64,000 bases of DNA, taken from assembly GCA_032718475.1 (NCBI GenBank), contig JAUCBJ010008503.1, positions 362-64,361 on the forward strand. Reading direction: 5' to 3'. The notes under the pieces were generated by a model. The model was not told the DNA's origin. It saw nothing but the letters and a program-made list of their open reading frames with translations, and did no database searches. The position numbers were made by a program, and so were the translations under genes. Source of the DNA: Nemertoderma westbladi. Its lineage: Eukaryota; Animalia; Xenacoelomorpha. Positions 1-14,579 of this stretch are shown here, one piece after another (positions within the stretch are counted from its first letter, which is position 1; each line of letters starts with the position of its first letter).

Positions 1-1
1 T

Positions 2-1054
2 TCCCAGAGCAGTGACAATGATTATGTCATAGAGTGGTATCAAGGTCCACAACGTCTCACAGCGTACGATTATCGACACGCCAACTACGTTTCTCGAAAA
101 CGTTGTCGATTATGCGCATCGAGAGACCACTTCACCCCTCTAGACTCGAGCGTACCTTGTTCCTATTTCCTCGAACAACCGATGATGGAAATATATTGTG
201 CTTATTGCAGACTTAATAACTCTCATATCTTTGCCGTCTGCCCACAATTTATGACTCAATGTCACTACTGTCAACTTAAAGGACATGAAAGTTACAATTG
301 TCCCTTTAATCGCGATTTAGAGAGCGTAGACGAGATAATCACCCTGCGATACATCCGAGCTTGGGAAGCGAACGCGGATTTACATTGCGAATCTCGACAT
401 CGCTATTACCCTGGACGAGCTTACGAAGGAGTTTACGCGTTCCATCCTTATCTCTTCGCGTCGATTGAACAGAAAACACGCGTACCAAGTTACGAGTTAA
501 TGAAGCGTGTTGGTGAGTGTATTTCCACCAAGTTTGTCAGAAAATACCTTAGAAACGTTAACCCTAATGATATAACCACATATCACCTGATCAATTTTAT
601 CCGTCAGGACCCCGAGTATGGCGACATCTTTGTGAACTCGCATCCTGAACTACAGGAAGTATCTCGGCGACCATATGAATATCGAACCCGAGAACGCGAG
701 CTGGAGAGAACCATTAAACCGAGAAAGTTCCTCACCACTCACGGTCCACCCACCGCTAGTGTCCAGACGACCCGTCAAGGACCCGTAGGAGCTGCTGTCC
801 TGAGACGCGCCCTAAAGGCCGTTAGACCTCGCTCCCCCGAGGTTGATATTAATCAACCAGGCACTTCGACCGGCGGGTATACCGATCGTAACCCTACACC
901 TTCTGATGCAATTGTATTGCACCCTTCGCCTCGGAGCTACAGCCCTCCTCGTAAAGTGGCTCGCCCCAAAGAGAAAAGGACTCGATTGCTGGCCTCGGGA
1001 AACTGCGTAAATGCCGTCCGCGTAAGAAAGACTAACTGTTTAGAGTATCTTTAG
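2..1054 (+). CDS. Accessory 3' ORF (multi-CCHC zinc-knuckle protein) of a Bel/Pao LTR element, 5'-partial
   Basis: The frame of ORF 182..1054 is open back to base 2 (…CRLCASRDH…PCSYFLEQPMMEIYCAYCRLNNSHIFAVC…CHYCQLKGHESYNC). It is homologous to 50544-52138(-). A late frameshift is likely, because the alternative frame ends GKLRKCRPRKKD* like the other copy. Confidence 0.75.
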   Translation, partial: SQSSDNDYVIEWYQGPQRLTAYDYRHANYVSRKRCRLCASRDHFTPLDSSVPCSYFLEQPMMEIYCAYCRLNNSHIFAVCPQFMTQCHYCQLKGHESYNCPFNRDLESVDEIITLRYIRAWEANADLHCESRHRYYPGRAYEGVYAFHPYLFASIEQKTRVPSYELMKRVGECISTKFVRKYLRNVNPNDITTYHLINFIRQDPEYGDIFVNSHPELQEVSRRPYEYRTRERELERTIKPRKFLTTHGPPTASVQTTRQGPVGAAVLRRALKAVRPRSPEVDINQPGTSTGGYTDRNPTPSDAIVLHPSPRSYSPPRKVARPKEKRTRLLASGNCVNAVRVRKTNCLEYL

Positions 1055-1113
1055 GTTTTAGAAACTGTGATTTTTATATTTTATAGACTGAAAATCCCAT
1101 TTTCTGGGAGCGG

Positions 1114-2316
1114 TGTAAAAGCCTTTGCTGAATTGCCCCGTTATTTTTATTATCTTTTACATTAAAATACTCTGTAGTTGATTTAATAGGTGTAAGAAGC
1201 CGTATTATTGCTGTATCGGTGTTTTTTAGAGGATCTAAGACCTATTTCCTCCGTATGTGTACTGTGAAAGGCATAGTTGATGATTCTATGGCAATTCCAT
1301 GACGCAAAGGGTGATAGCTACTCTTGAACAGTAGTTACTATGACTACGGTTAACAGCTGATATTCATACGTGTTGATTTTCTTTGTTCTACGGCGTCTCT
1401 CAGTTCAGTCAGCCAATCAGAGCATTTTTATGGCTCTTGTAGAGAAATTTCCTAGAAATCACGTAATGCTTTATGTGCAGTGTTTACATTCGGTCCTAAG
1501 CCAGGAGAGAGCGGCTTGGAAATATTTTTGTGCCTTTCTGTTTTAGCCTAACACTAGTAGGCTTAATTATAAGGACATATATCCGTTATCAACACTTAAT
1601 ATCTTACTGACACTGCATACTGTATAACACTGTGCATACTTTATATTGTTATACTGCTATTTACTGTCGGTCCTTCATAATATGGTTGATGAATTATTAT
1701 ATTTGGAATAACGATAAATAACCCCGAAACCCAATATTCTTGATATACCGAAGGTAAGAGAGAAAGGTTATATATAACGATTGTGACTTATGTTAAAGTG
1801 GTTTGAAGTGAATCTAATGTTATTTGATAGACCCTACATGAGTCGGTCCGTGTTCCTTTTATATGTGACTAAAATCAGTGAAGATCGGCAGATTAGTGTG
1901 CAGTATTGTGCAGCATTGTGTATGAGTGAGACTGATAACGAAGCATTTCCTAAAGAATGCGCCATATATGTGAATTATAACTAAGCCATATCGTTGTGAG
2001 TAGTTTAAGTCATAACTCTGTTTATATAGATAGAGCGCCACGTCCTAAAGGAACTGTTAATATTCCCCGAAGGTGAATAATATTGTCAGAGATTATATAA
2101 TACTGTCAGTCGAATAATACATTAGGCTTACATAGCAATAAGATTAAGCCGTCGAACCCAATCTCCCGGGTATATCCAGCGGGTGAATGATCGCGCACAG
2201 ATTGGTTTCGACTAGTGTAGTGAATCAAATACTTGTCATAGGCTAAAAGTGATTTATTATCTAAAAGACATCCTAATTTGGCGGGTTAAACTGCCAAAGG
2301 TCTGAAAGCGCGAACA
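1114..2316 (+). mobile_element. 3' LTR (~1.2 kb) of Bel/Pao element, subfamily A
   Basis: Termini TGTAAAAGC…GCGCGAACA, preceded by the purine-rich tract GGGAGCGG. Homologous to the LTRs at 6460-7688, 49286-50469 and 60343-61527. Confidence 0.9.
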
Positions 2317-2547
2317 CCATTTACCAGATTTATTATACTAGCTAGTTTTTGCTATTTTTTAATAGAAATTATAAAAGAAGTAGCAAAAAAGTGTGCTAGC
2401 AATAAATTTTGATAAATATTATAAATATTGTTAAATATTATACAGTACAGTATTAGAACACGTATAAGCTACCAAATGTTGATAAATATTTTTGTTCTAG
2501 AACATTTTTAGTAAAAAAAATTATCATACAACCCTTATTTAAAAAAA

Positions 2548-3450
2548 TTGTTACTATCGATATTTTTACTCTCGATATTTTTCAACACTCTGTATTTTTC
2601 AACACTCGATATTTTTACTCTCGATATTTTTCAACACTCGATATTTTTACTCTCGATATTTTTCAACACTCGATATTTTTCAACACTCGATATTTTTCAA
2701 CACTCGATAATTTTACTCTGGATATTTTTTAACACTCGATATTTTTACTCTCGATATTTTTCAACACTCGATATTTTTACTCTCGATATTTTTCAACACT
2801 CGATATTTTTACTCCCGATATTTTTCAACACTCGATATTTTTACTCTCGATATTTTTCAACACTCGATATTTTTACTCTCGAAATTTTTCAACACTCGAT
2901 ATTTTTACTCTCGATATTTTTCAACACTCGATATTTTTATTCTCGATATTTTTCAACACTCGATATTTTTACTCTCGATATTTTTCAACACTCGATATTT
3001 TTACTCTCGATATTTTTCAACACTCGATATTTTTACTCTCGATATTTTTCAACACTCGAAATTTTTACTCGCGATATATTTTCTCTCGATATTTTTACTC
3101 TCGATATTTTTACTCTCGATATTTTTCAACACTCGATATTTTTACTCTCGATATTTTTCAACACTCGATATTTTAACTCTCGATATTTTTCAACACTCGA
3201 TATTTTTACTCTCGATATTTTTACCCTCGATATTTTTACTCTCGATATTTTTTGAACTCTCGATATTATCGTTATTTTTCAACACTCGATATTTTTACTC
3301 TCGATATTTTTCAACACTCGATATTTTTACTCTCGATATTTTTACCCTCGATATTTTTACTCTCGATATTTTTTGAACTCTCGATATTATCGTCATTTTT
3401 TAACACTCGATGTTTTTACTCGCGTTATTTTTACTCTCGATTTTTTAATG
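2548..3450. repeat. Minisatellite of ACTCTCGATATTTTT / CAACACTCGATATTTTT units
   Basis: Interleaved 15-17 bp units. The ORFs over it are repeat artefacts. Confidence 0.9.
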
Positions 3451-3800
3451 TCTCAATATTTTTCAATATAACCATACAAACACTTATAAACACGAAATTT
3501 ATTAACACGAAAACTATAAAATATACTTAATGAATACTATAAGCAATTAATAATCCCTACACATACGTGGATACGTACGGCATACGTTGAAAAGTAAAAC
3601 CCTGCCTGCTACTACTACTACTAGGTCGAGCGAACTCGGACATTTGCCTCTGCCTGCTAAGAAGGCACTTACAATTCATACAATATTGGTGGCCATACCA
3701 CCCCGCCGTGGGGTGTTATGGATGGCCACCACAGTTGGCCAGTCAGCCAGATTGGCCACAGTCAGCTTAGTTGTTCACGTGCTGCTCGAAGTCCCAGAAT

Positions 3801-4660
3801 ACTACTACTAGGATCGGCATGCTGCATTGCAGCTGCATTTTTAAGAATGCTGTGCCGGCTTATCGACAAAATTGCACCGCCACAACTCCCTATCACCCAT
3901 GACATTTGCTAGATCATCCGCGTCTTCAAGGCCAGTGTCCTTTAAGATGCGTCTCAAGAAAGTCATGGGCTGTCCACCATGCTTATTCACTCCATGAGGC
4001 TGCCAAAGTACAAGATTATGCACTGGCTGGTCCTCACGGCGAAAGCAATGTCCTGCAAAGCGGAGGCGATTTCTCTCAAGCTTGGGGGAACCAATGAGAC
4101 ACCTCCAATGTTATATAGTGTCTCGTGGAGATGTGTGCATTGTACTTGACACAATGAACCCGGCGTAGCATTCTTGTGAATGTGCAATCCAGAGATTTGG
4201 TGTCCTCAGCAGTTAGAGCCCAGCATGGACTCCCATAGAGGAGTACTGGAATTACTGCTGCTCTAAATAATCGGACCTTAATTTTCCGATTAATTCTCGG
4301 TGACTTCCAAATCCTGGAAAGCCTATTCAAGGCTGCCCATGCCTTTCCCTTACGTATTCGAAGGTCCTCACCTTACTTCCGGATCCATGATCCCAAGTAA
4401 CAGAAGTCATCCACATGCTCAAGCATACCATCTTTTGAGCTTATGCTCATCCGATCAGAGCAGACTTGCTGAGGACTTTCAAAGTTAACTGTCAAAATTC
4501 TGGTCTTTCTGGAGTTAATAAAAAGACCAACACTAGAAGCAGCATGTTCTAATGAGCTGAGGAGCCGTTGGGATCCCTCTAGTGATTCTGAGAGTACTCC
4601 TAACTGCCTAAGTCATCAGCATAGTCTACACCTGCTAGATCAGTTAGGTACTTGGCAGGA
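3801..4660 (-). mobile_element. RTE-clade LINE 3' fragment, degenerate
   Basis: Translates as YADD…KIKVRLFRAAVIPVLLYGSPCWALT…RMLRR and ends in a short (TAG)n tail. Confidence 0.8.
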
Positions 4661-6334
4661 TTTTGATAACGGATTTAGTTTAGTTTAGTTTAGTTTAATT
4701 ACGCCAGTATCAATAAAAATATGTGTCAAAAAGTCAAACATACAAACACAAATGACAGAAATAAAGATAATCCATGATTAGGACAAAATTACAGTAAAAT
4801 TAAATTTCAATATGAAGGTAATTTACGTACGTACTGTAATGTAATATATACACGTTCTGTTATACAGTCTGCATTGCACCAAGATTATACATATTATTCA
4901 GATATTATAAACAATTGGTTTTTCGCAATGGCTGGCAAGTTACGCAGTTGCGTTTTAGGGCGGGAATAAAATATAAATAAAAATAGATTAATTAATTAAA
5001 GATACAATTCGATAAAATATAAATAAAAAATAGATTAATTAATTAAAGATAAAATTTGATAAAAAAAATAAATATTAAGTCAAGACAAGAAATATATTCC
5101 TCGAACCAGCCACATATGTAATGTAATCATTAAATTTACAGTATATTTCTAAATTCATTGCAGTATTCGAAGATTCTGCCAAGTTACGCAATATGCATTT
5201 TATGGATGAGTGAGTTAAACCGATAAGAAATAATTTATTCTGATTCAATGAATTACATTTTAGTCTTACCGTCTTACTCTATTCATGTATTCAATGTTAA
5301 AACAGATTTGAATTTACCGCCAATATATAGGTGGCAGATCTTATCTGCCACCCTATAGCTTTCCAGTACAAATTACATGTCTTTCAATCACTTGAATTTC
5401 CCGCGCTATGGAGCAGGGGTGGCACCTTTTAGGGACTTTGTGGTTAGATAGTGTATGTGTGAAATTTGAAACAAATCTGTCCAAAAATGGCCAATGGGGA
5501 AAGGTGTTTGTCACTGTGCCTCAAATGTGATAGAACCACTGGTACCCGCCGTATTGAAAAGTTTTACATGTACGCCGAGCACGTTCGGCGCAGCTCTAGA
5601 ACTTGCGCCGGGAGCTGGCGCAGAAATGTGCTACGCCGGGCAGTGAGCCGGAAGGGTCGGCGCAGAGATGTGCTACGCCGGCGTAGCCGGCGGAGCACTG
5701 GCAATGGTAGAGATGCTGCGCTCGGCGCAGCATGCGTTGAAATATTCCCGGCGTCGACGCTGCAGAAATTGACCTGGCGCCGGAGCAGGAATCAGCCCAG
5801 CACACCCGGCGTACATATTTGCCTGGCGCAGTAATCAGCCGAACCTAGCACCAGGCAGACAGTGAGACTGAGACAGCAGACATGCCTTCATCAGACCAAC
5901 AGCACAGCAACACAATAATAAAACAACTGGTAAACAATGCAGGAGGCAGAAAAGAAACTCACACTGCAGCACTGGCTGACTGCAAACTGGTCAATTATTT
6001 ACGTATTTAACCTTATGCTGTTATGCAGTAGGCAGGTAGGCTATCACAGTTCCAGCTATCAGCTGATCAGTCATTATTGCTTTTGCAGTATTGGTCAGTC
6101 AGTTTATTTGTTTACATAATACAGTAATATTGCTGTATTGTATAAGCTATATTTATATTATATTATATTATTTGGATGGAGACACCGCTGTCATAGAAGT
6201 GTATAAATAAAACTGCACATATAATAAAACAGGCAGACAGAATGAAGTTGAACAGTGAATAAAACAAAACGACTTATACTACATATATGGCACTATTGAT
6301 AATGAAACAATTTATTACCGACACACATGTGTAA

Positions 6335-8280
6335 CCATTGGAAATTGCAGTTCAATGACTCCAAGTGCAAGGTCATGCATGCATCTAGGTTCTAGAAATC
6401 CCCAAGCAACTTTTTACACAATGAATGGATGGACACTTTTATCGGCAACCGAGGAACGTTGTTCGCGCTTTTGAAGACCTTTAGCAGTTTAACCTGCCAA
6501 AATTTATATGTCTTTTAGTTAATTAACACACCTTTAGCATACGACAATATTTTATGCTAATAAACAAAACATTAGCCGAAGCCAGCCCATGCGCGATCAT
6601 TCACCCAATGGATCTACACCCGGGAGGCTGAATTCGGATGCTTAGATTTTATTATTGCAGTGTAAGGTTGCAGTGTAAGCCTACTGTATTATTCGATTGA
6701 TCGCTAATATGTAATTTCTGACAGATATTATTAACTTTCGGGAAATATTAACAGTTCCTTTAGGACGTGGCGCTCTATCTATTTAAACAGAGCTAGGACT
6801 TATACTAAACGCAACGATAAGGCTTATGATTAAAGTATAAGTCGCATTCTTTAGGAAATGCTTTGTTACCAGTCACATCACACTCACAATCATGCACACT
6901 ATTCTGCCGACCGTCAGTATATTTGATCACACATAAAGAGAACAGCAATTGACTCAGGTAGTGTCTACTAAATAACATTAGATTCAATACACACCACATT
7001 GATATAAATCGCAATTGTTATATATAGCCCGCCTCTCTAACCTGTAGTGTATCAAGAAAATTGGGAATTTTGGGTGATTTATCCGTATTCTCCAAAGAGC
7101 AATATTTCCATCAACAAATAGATACAATTAATAACTGACGGTAAATAGCAGTACAAACAATATGATTAGTGCAGTTAAATTAAGTGAGGTAACACCGCCG
7201 GTAACAGTTATACTTTCTATAATCTAAGCAGTTTTACTAGAGTTCTTAGAGCCGGTGTTTCTGGCTTAGACAGCAATAACAACAAAGTATCAAGTAAGGC
7301 AGTAAGACTGAACACTCTCCTTATGATCGGCTGAAAAGCTACACGTCGACAGGAAAAATCGCTCTGATTGGCTCAAGCCAAACAAAGAACTATGCGTCCA
7401 ATGGCTGTTTCCATGTCAGCAACCAGCTGTTAGATGTCGTAATATGAATCATCACGGCTAAGCTGTGAAAGGTAGTTGGTGCATTACAGGTTTTTTGCCT
7501 TACCATGTCCGCCAAAACACGTATATAGCAGAATGATTTTTATGTCCGTTAAAACACCTGTAACGGTACCTTGCGGGCGAGGGGAATATATATACAGTTA
7601 GAGAACCTTTTTTAGAGTATTCCAGCGCCTGGGGGGAAACTGGATTGCGAAGCAAAGGGGCCAGTTATATCCCACAGAAGCTTTTACAAACGTGATTTTG
7701 GAATTACATTTACTCCAGATTGTCCTTCACAGCCTCACTGCACAAAGACTCCAGCCCGCGCCATGCGAGTCGTACATTTAATACGAAGAACTTTTACATA
7801 TTTGGAAGCTCCGATGTTTACCCTATGACCCTGTTATACAAATCCCTTGTTCGGCCTCTCCTTGAATACGACACAGTTGTTTGTTCGCCATTCCTCCGAC
7901 ATGATCAATTTGAACGTCTTGAACAAGTACAACACCGTGTGGTCACTCGCCTTGTACAGTTGTACTATCGCTGGCTGAGTTGTCATATGAAAACCGACTA
8001 CGTGCACTCAAACTACCGACATTAATATATCGCCGTGTACTAGCCGACCTTATAACAACATACAAGTTTATCACCGGGATTGACAAAATTGAGCGAAGTA
8101 ATTTCTTCCAGTTTCGTTCCGAACTCCACCAATGCTAACACGCAACAACTTTGCAGACAGCGTTGTAAACATTTGGAATCCTTTACCATTACCGGAAAGT
8201 GTTGTTAATGCAAGTAATACCCTTGGTACTCCATGATTGAGCATATTCAAAAATAGACTAGACTGCGAAATTCCCTTAAA
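6335..8280 (+). mobile_element. CR1/L2-type LINE RT C-terminal fragment interrupted by a solo LTR
   Basis: Reads FNDSKCKVMH…LGSRNP…EER|DFGITF…LLYKSLVRPLLEY…LEQVQHR, continuous across the LTR's target-site duplication. Confidence 0.8.
6460..7688 (-). mobile_element. Solo LTR of the Bel/Pao family, subfamily B
   Basis: TG…CA ends with a 5-bp TSD AACGT (6455-6459 and 7689-7693). Homologous to the other LTRs. Confidence 0.92.
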
Positions 8281-9790
8281 ATGAATATATAGTGATACTC
8301 CTGTGCGCCAAGTGGCAGTAGCGAAAGCGATATCTTTCGGATACAACGATATATTTATTAAAATCTAGCTACAGTACCTATTATTTTCATTTTTCAATCC
8401 CAAAAAAACATTTTTTTGTGTTAAATTTTAAAATAGTTTTTTTTTATGTTTAATTGTTTTCCTATCTTTTGTAGTTACTTTACTTTGCTCGTTTTATTTC
8501 AGCAGTAATATTTTACTTATGCGACATACGGTACTACCTACGGTACCAAATTTATGTTACGTATAACTACGTATTGTTGTGTTGTATCCTACAGAGTATT
8601 GTAAAATTGTCCCTTATTAATATGTTTGCCTTTAGTACTGTATGTTATTGAAGCCCTTGAACCTACTGTAAGTATGCTTTGCCGTTTTTTAATTTAATTT
8701 TACTGTAATTTCATTTTTGTTTTAATAATTAATATGCACCAACTGTGAGTACTGTAAATAAACTATAATTGTAATTATTTTACTAATTTTACCTGAATAC
8801 AATTATCCGTATTTTTATTACAATAGTACATATACATACGCTTATTAGCGTACTTTGCAGATAATGTGTTCATTTTATTTTAATCGGCTATACGTGTACG
8901 TACGTACATGTGCAAAAATTAATATTTTATTGTTATTCTGGCGATATTAATAACATAACATAACATACAGCTAGTCATTATTCATTCAGACATACCGTAT
9001 ATGTAGCATAGACGTATACTGGACCACAGTTGACAGTACGTACGTAGTATGTAGTAAAGTAGAACGTAGTACATAAACACAAGGACTAGGCCTACTGACT
9101 GACTGAAGTAGTCTTTAACAGTTTAATATTCTTTCTATAATTCATATTGTAACATTTGAGTAATTTCAAAAAATGTACACTTTACTTGACAAAAAAAATT
9201 TACATGCAGTGTTTCTTAAGTAGTTGTTTCGTAATGTCTGAATGTTACACTTTTGGAATAAAACAACGTACCTACTGTACTTGTTGCATTTGTCTTTAAG
9301 GTTTTCCGTCTCTGTATCCTTATTTTCATTTCACCCACCCACAACTTTCGTTCGTTTAAGTAACAACTCGGATTAGTGCAGCTGCAGTATTATAGATAAC
9401 CGAATAAACTATAGGCAGATAGGTACTGTACAGTATAACAGGCAGATTTTATGTTTTATACCAGTCAGCCTGGCTGCCCGGTGCAGCTTTGAAGAGCCGT
9501 GTAAGATTTTTCACCCCTGCACCCGGCGCAGCATTTTGCATTGCACAGAGCCGGCGCATGATTTTTGCACCTGACATGGGCGTGGGTTTGCACAGTGCCG
9601 GCACAGGATTTTTGCACCCGGCATCCCGGCGTGGTTTTGCACAGAGCCGGCGCAGGATTTTTTGCACCCGGCGTGGTTTTGCTCAGAGCCGGCGCAGGAT
9701 TTTTTGCACCCTGCGTGGTTTTGCTCAGAGCCGGCGCAGGATTTTAGGCACCCGGCGCCGCGTTCGGCGCAGAAAATAAAACTTTTCAAT

Positions 9791-12700
9791 GGGTCAGCCT
9801 AATCACCCAACTACACCCAACTTTCACCCAACTACACCCAACTACACCCAACTACACCCAACTACACCCAACTACACCCAACTTTCACCCAACTACACCC
9901 AACTTTCACCCAACTACCACCCAACTACACCCAACTTTCACCAACTACACCCAACTTCAACACAACAGCATCCAACTTATACCAAACTATACTGTATGGC
10001 ACCTATCTTCCACAAATTACAATATGTACAGTAACAAACTCTGAACTTCTTTGAGGAATTGCTGAGATATGAACTTTTAAAAGTTGCATGTACTCGTGCT
10101 GTATTTTGCCATCACTGCCCTGCAATTATGAAAATAACTAACTAACATTTTATTTTTATTGCAGGTTGATTCTAGAATAATTGATGAATTTAGCAAAAAA
10201 TATACAAAGGAGAGACACAGAGACTATTGACGAACGATCCAGATACCTATAGATGTCTACACATACCACGCATCAAAACTCCAAACTAAGCTACAGTACA
10301 AACTAAACTGGCGCTGTGGGATTGCGGTGAAAATGAAAACGGTATTGATACACAGGAGGGTCACCGTCACAGCCTTAACGACGAAATCGCATTATTGGAA
10401 ACTTCTGCTGTGGGAATAGCAATGCAGATAATTCGTACAAAGTTAATGGACATAAATTCTATATTATACAGTATGTTTAATGCAATTATAATAATGTAAT
10501 TATCCTTTATGTATCATAGAATACAAGAAAATAAACTGTAACATTATTTTCAGCTTCTTTATCTTAAACTTTATAGCCTTTATACTGTATTAATTAATTT
10601 TTAACGAAACAACAGAAATAATTTTAGAACTTTTTACATTTCTCATTACATTTTACATGTCTCAAGTTTACACTCCATTTGGCTCCCTGATCCAATCTTA
10701 ATGGTTAGCAAATAAAGTACTTTCTGTATAATATAGGCGAATAATAAATTTCTCATGGAACCAAAATAATAAACGAAAGATAAGATCAAATTAATATAAA
10801 GGCCACGAAGTTTAGAATAAAACTGTTGAAAATAAAGACTACAGTATGTTACAATCTTTCTTGTAATATGATACAAAGGATAATTATAATATTTTATTGT
10901 TAAATTTCTGAATTACTTAACGCTTGTCCTTGGACAAGCCGTAAATATAGTAGATAGATGGATTATTTGCGGCTCGTCCATAGACGAGCGTTAAGTAATA
11001 AAGAAATTTAACAATAAAACAACATATTATAGTGTATAATGTACTTTTATCTCACTTCGGTCCCTCGTTTCAATATTTCACTAACTCGAATATGATAATA
11101 ACTCGAAATAAATTTTCCAGTATTTTTACTAATTATCATAGTGCGTTAAGGCTCGCCTTTACTACGTGGCTCGCATGTTCTCGCTGTAATGCCTCAGAAC
11201 TAAACATTAGATATACTGTATTGTACTGTATGTCCTACTCATCTTCACATCCAAAAAAGCGACGTAGATTAGGATTTGTATGGTTTTTGACAATTTTATA
11301 ATTTGCTTTATAATTTTTTATTTTCAAAAATCATGACCTGCGAGAAAGTGGTGAAAGGTACAGTACAGGCCACCAGAAAACGCAGATTTGTACAATTGTG
11401 AACACATTTTATCAAATGTGTACCAGTGTAAAGTAATGTTGTTGAACGGGACAATTGAACATAATTGAACATAATTGAATTGGCAACAACAAAATTTTTT
11501 CGCCAAAGGATACAATTGAATACTTTTGAAACGCTTAGTAAGCTGGAAACTCTCTGTAGTTTACCGCGAACTGTCACTCACTGCAGCTGGAAATGCGATA
11601 AGGATTTTGTTTACCTTTATAGTGTGCGGTTAATAGTGTCTAGTAGGCAGGCCTATAGTTAGTGATGTTAAGGCATCTTCTGGTGTTTCTCTGTGCCCTC
11701 TCGGTGTCAGACTAATGGCGCGACATCTCCCTGCACTAAATTAATTATTCAATGGTCTAGGCTCCTCCATCCATATACCCATCCACTCCCATACACTCCA
11801 TGAACCTCCATGCGGTCTTGTATGCAGTTCTCTCTCTACCAATACAGCCCATGTCCGCAATGTTACGCCCTGGGGGCTCTCTCATCTACCTGATATCAGA
11901 CATACAGGCGCACCGCACACAAAGCCTTTGTCGGTCCCAGCAAGTTAGCCTCCTGCTGTGTGATCGAGAAGATAACTCGCCATAACCTGCCAATCAGATG
12001 ACTTGAACAAATGTGTTCACATGTGATCACATTGGAAGAAATCTGCTTTTTCTGGTGGCCTGTACTGTAAGTGTAGTTGGGTGGAAGTGAGACTTTCAAA
12101 AATCATGACCTGCGAGAAAGTGGTGAAAGGTAAGTGTAGTTGGGTGGAAGTGAGACAATGTTGAGTGTACTGTAGTTGGGTGATAGTTGGGTGTAGGTGT
12201 AGTTGGGTGGAGAATTGGGTGTAGTTGGGTGAAAGTTGGGTGTTGTTGGGGGTAGTTGGGTGAAAGTTGGGTGTAGTTGGGTGAGAGTTGGGTGGAAGTG
12301 GAGTGTAGTTGGGTGAAAGTGAGTCAAAGTTGAGTGTAGTTGGTTGGAGAGTTTGGTGTTCTGTGGGACGAGTCACGCAGTCAGGGCAAGCCTTAGCGCA
12401 CAATTGCAATTAGTAAAAATAGGGCAAAATTTCATCTCCAGTCGGTCGTTCTGTCCGCTTGTCTGTCTGTAACGAAAAATTCATTCGTAAGTAACTTTTG
12501 AAGATTTTCGCCAACTGATCCACATTAAAGCCCCATGAGAAACCCCACTTGGGATCCGACTATGTAGCAACATACCTAAAGTGTGTGACATATTATTCAT
12601 TCACATGTGAGAATTTAGCTTGGAAACCTCAATGTTGATCAGATAGACTTTGCTGATGACTTAGGAGTACTCTCAGAATCATTAGAGGGAGCCCAACGGC

Positions 12701-14579
12701 TCCTCAGCTCATTAGAACATTCTGCTTCTAGTGTTGGTCTTTTTATTACCTCCAGAAAGACCACAATTTTGACAGTTAACTTTGAAAGTCCTCAGCAAGT
12801 CTCTGATCGGATGAGCATAAGCTCAAAGGATGGTATGCTTGAGCATGTGGACAACTTCTGTTACCTGGGATCATGGATCGGGAAGTCAGGTGAGGACCTT
12901 CGAATACGTAAGGGAAAGGCATGGGCAGCCTTGAATAGGCTTTCCAGGATTTGGAAGTCACCGAGAATTAATCGGAAACTCAAGGTCCGATTATTTAGAG
13001 CAGCAGTAGTTCCAGTACTCCTCTACGGGAGTCCATGCTGGGCTCTAACTGCTGAGGACACCAAATCTCTGGATGGCACATTCACAAGAATGCTACGCCG
13101 GGTTCATTGTGTCAAGTACAATGCACACATTAGTTTGGAAACCTCAATGTTGATCACTTGAGGATTTTCGAATGGGTGGAATGTCTGAAAGATTAAATAC
13201 ACTTCTCCCATTTCGTTGTTTGTAATAAAATAAGCTGAATATTGTCATATCCTACTGTACATATACTGTACAGTATGTACTAGAGACCACAAGCCGCGTC
13301 TATATGATTACGTTGATCAACGTCTGCAATTCTCTACCCTAGTGTGGTGAATTATTATTTCTACTACTGTAAGATCTGTAATGTATAACGATCTTATCGA
13401 TTCTCATACTGTAGAGATCTTGTCCATTCTGGCATCGCCTGTATGTGAAGATCATAATAAGTTCCTTGCAGAAATTCCCTTGACCTGTACAGATCTTACC
13501 AGATCCCCTTTTAGTTTATCAAAAATGTAAAATGTTCTAAAATTATTGCTGTTGTTTCGTTAAAAATTAATTAATATAAAGGCCATAAAGTTCGCCCATG
13601 TGAATAATACCAGGATTTCACTTTTCGGTCGACATTTTATTGGAATTTTATGTATGAAGATTTTTTATTTTTTTTAATTTATCTTTTTGATACGTCTCGT
13701 TTTGATACGGCTAAATTTCGTTTATTGTTTTGGTTAGATTCAGTCCTTTTGTAACCTGTGATTTTAATGAAAACCTGGGATTCTTCACATGGGGGCAACT
13801 GCAAAGTTAAATATATAACGGCAGAAAGTGTTTACATGGGCCCAAGATTAAAATAAAGCTGCTGAAAATAATGTTACAGTTCTTTTTCTTGTATTCTATG
13901 ATACATAAAGGATAATTACATTATTATAATTGCATTAAACATACTGTATAATATAGAACTTATGTCCATTAACTTTGTACGAATTATCTGCATTGCTATT
14001 CCCATAACAGAAGTTTCCAATGCGATTTCGTCGTTAAGGCTGTGACGGTGACCCCCCTGTGTATCAATACCGTTTTCATTTTCACCACAATCCCAAACAG
14101 CGCCAGTTTAGTTTTATACTGTAGCTTGGATCGTTCGTCAATAGTCTCTGCGTCTCTCCTTTGTATATTTATTGCTAAATTCATCAATTATTCTAGAACC
14201 AACCTGCAATAAATATAAAACGTTAGTTTGTTATTTTCATAATTGCTCAGCAGTGGGGGCAACATACAGTACATGAAACATTTAAAAGCTCATATCTCAG
14301 CAATTCCTCGAAGAGTTTGTTACTGTACATATTGTAATTTGTGGAAGTTTGGTGCCATACAGTAGGTATAGTTTGGTGTAAGTTGGATGCAGAGTGGAAG
14401 TGCAGTGGAAGTTGGGTGTAGTGGGGTGGAACTGTGTGGGTGTAGTTGGCTGAAAGTTGGGTGTAGTTGGGTGTAGTTGGGTGAAAGTTGGGTGTAGTTG
14501 GGTGTAGTTGGGTGAAAGTTGGGTGTAGTTGGGTGTAGTTGGGTGAAAGTTGGGTGTAGTTGGGTGTTTAGGCTGACCG
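9791..14579. mobile_element. Foldback/MULE-like element with long TIRs containing CACCCAACTA repeats
   Basis: Ends GGGTCAGCCTAA…TTAGGCTGACCG with a 9-bp TSD CTTTTCAAT. Arms 9791-10640 and ~13510-14579 are inverted copies. Confidence 0.85.
12640..13130 (+). mobile_element. RTE LINE fragment inside the foldback element
   Basis: DFADDL…FCYLGS…KVRLFRAAVVPVLLYGS. Near-identical to 4140-4620 on the opposite strand. Confidence 0.8.

Noticed and set aside
34-216. Conserved overlapping ORF ending LFLFPRTTxDGNxLC in both element copies
   Set aside because: It is an alternative-frame shadow of the zinc-knuckle ORF, whose true frame is open from base 2.
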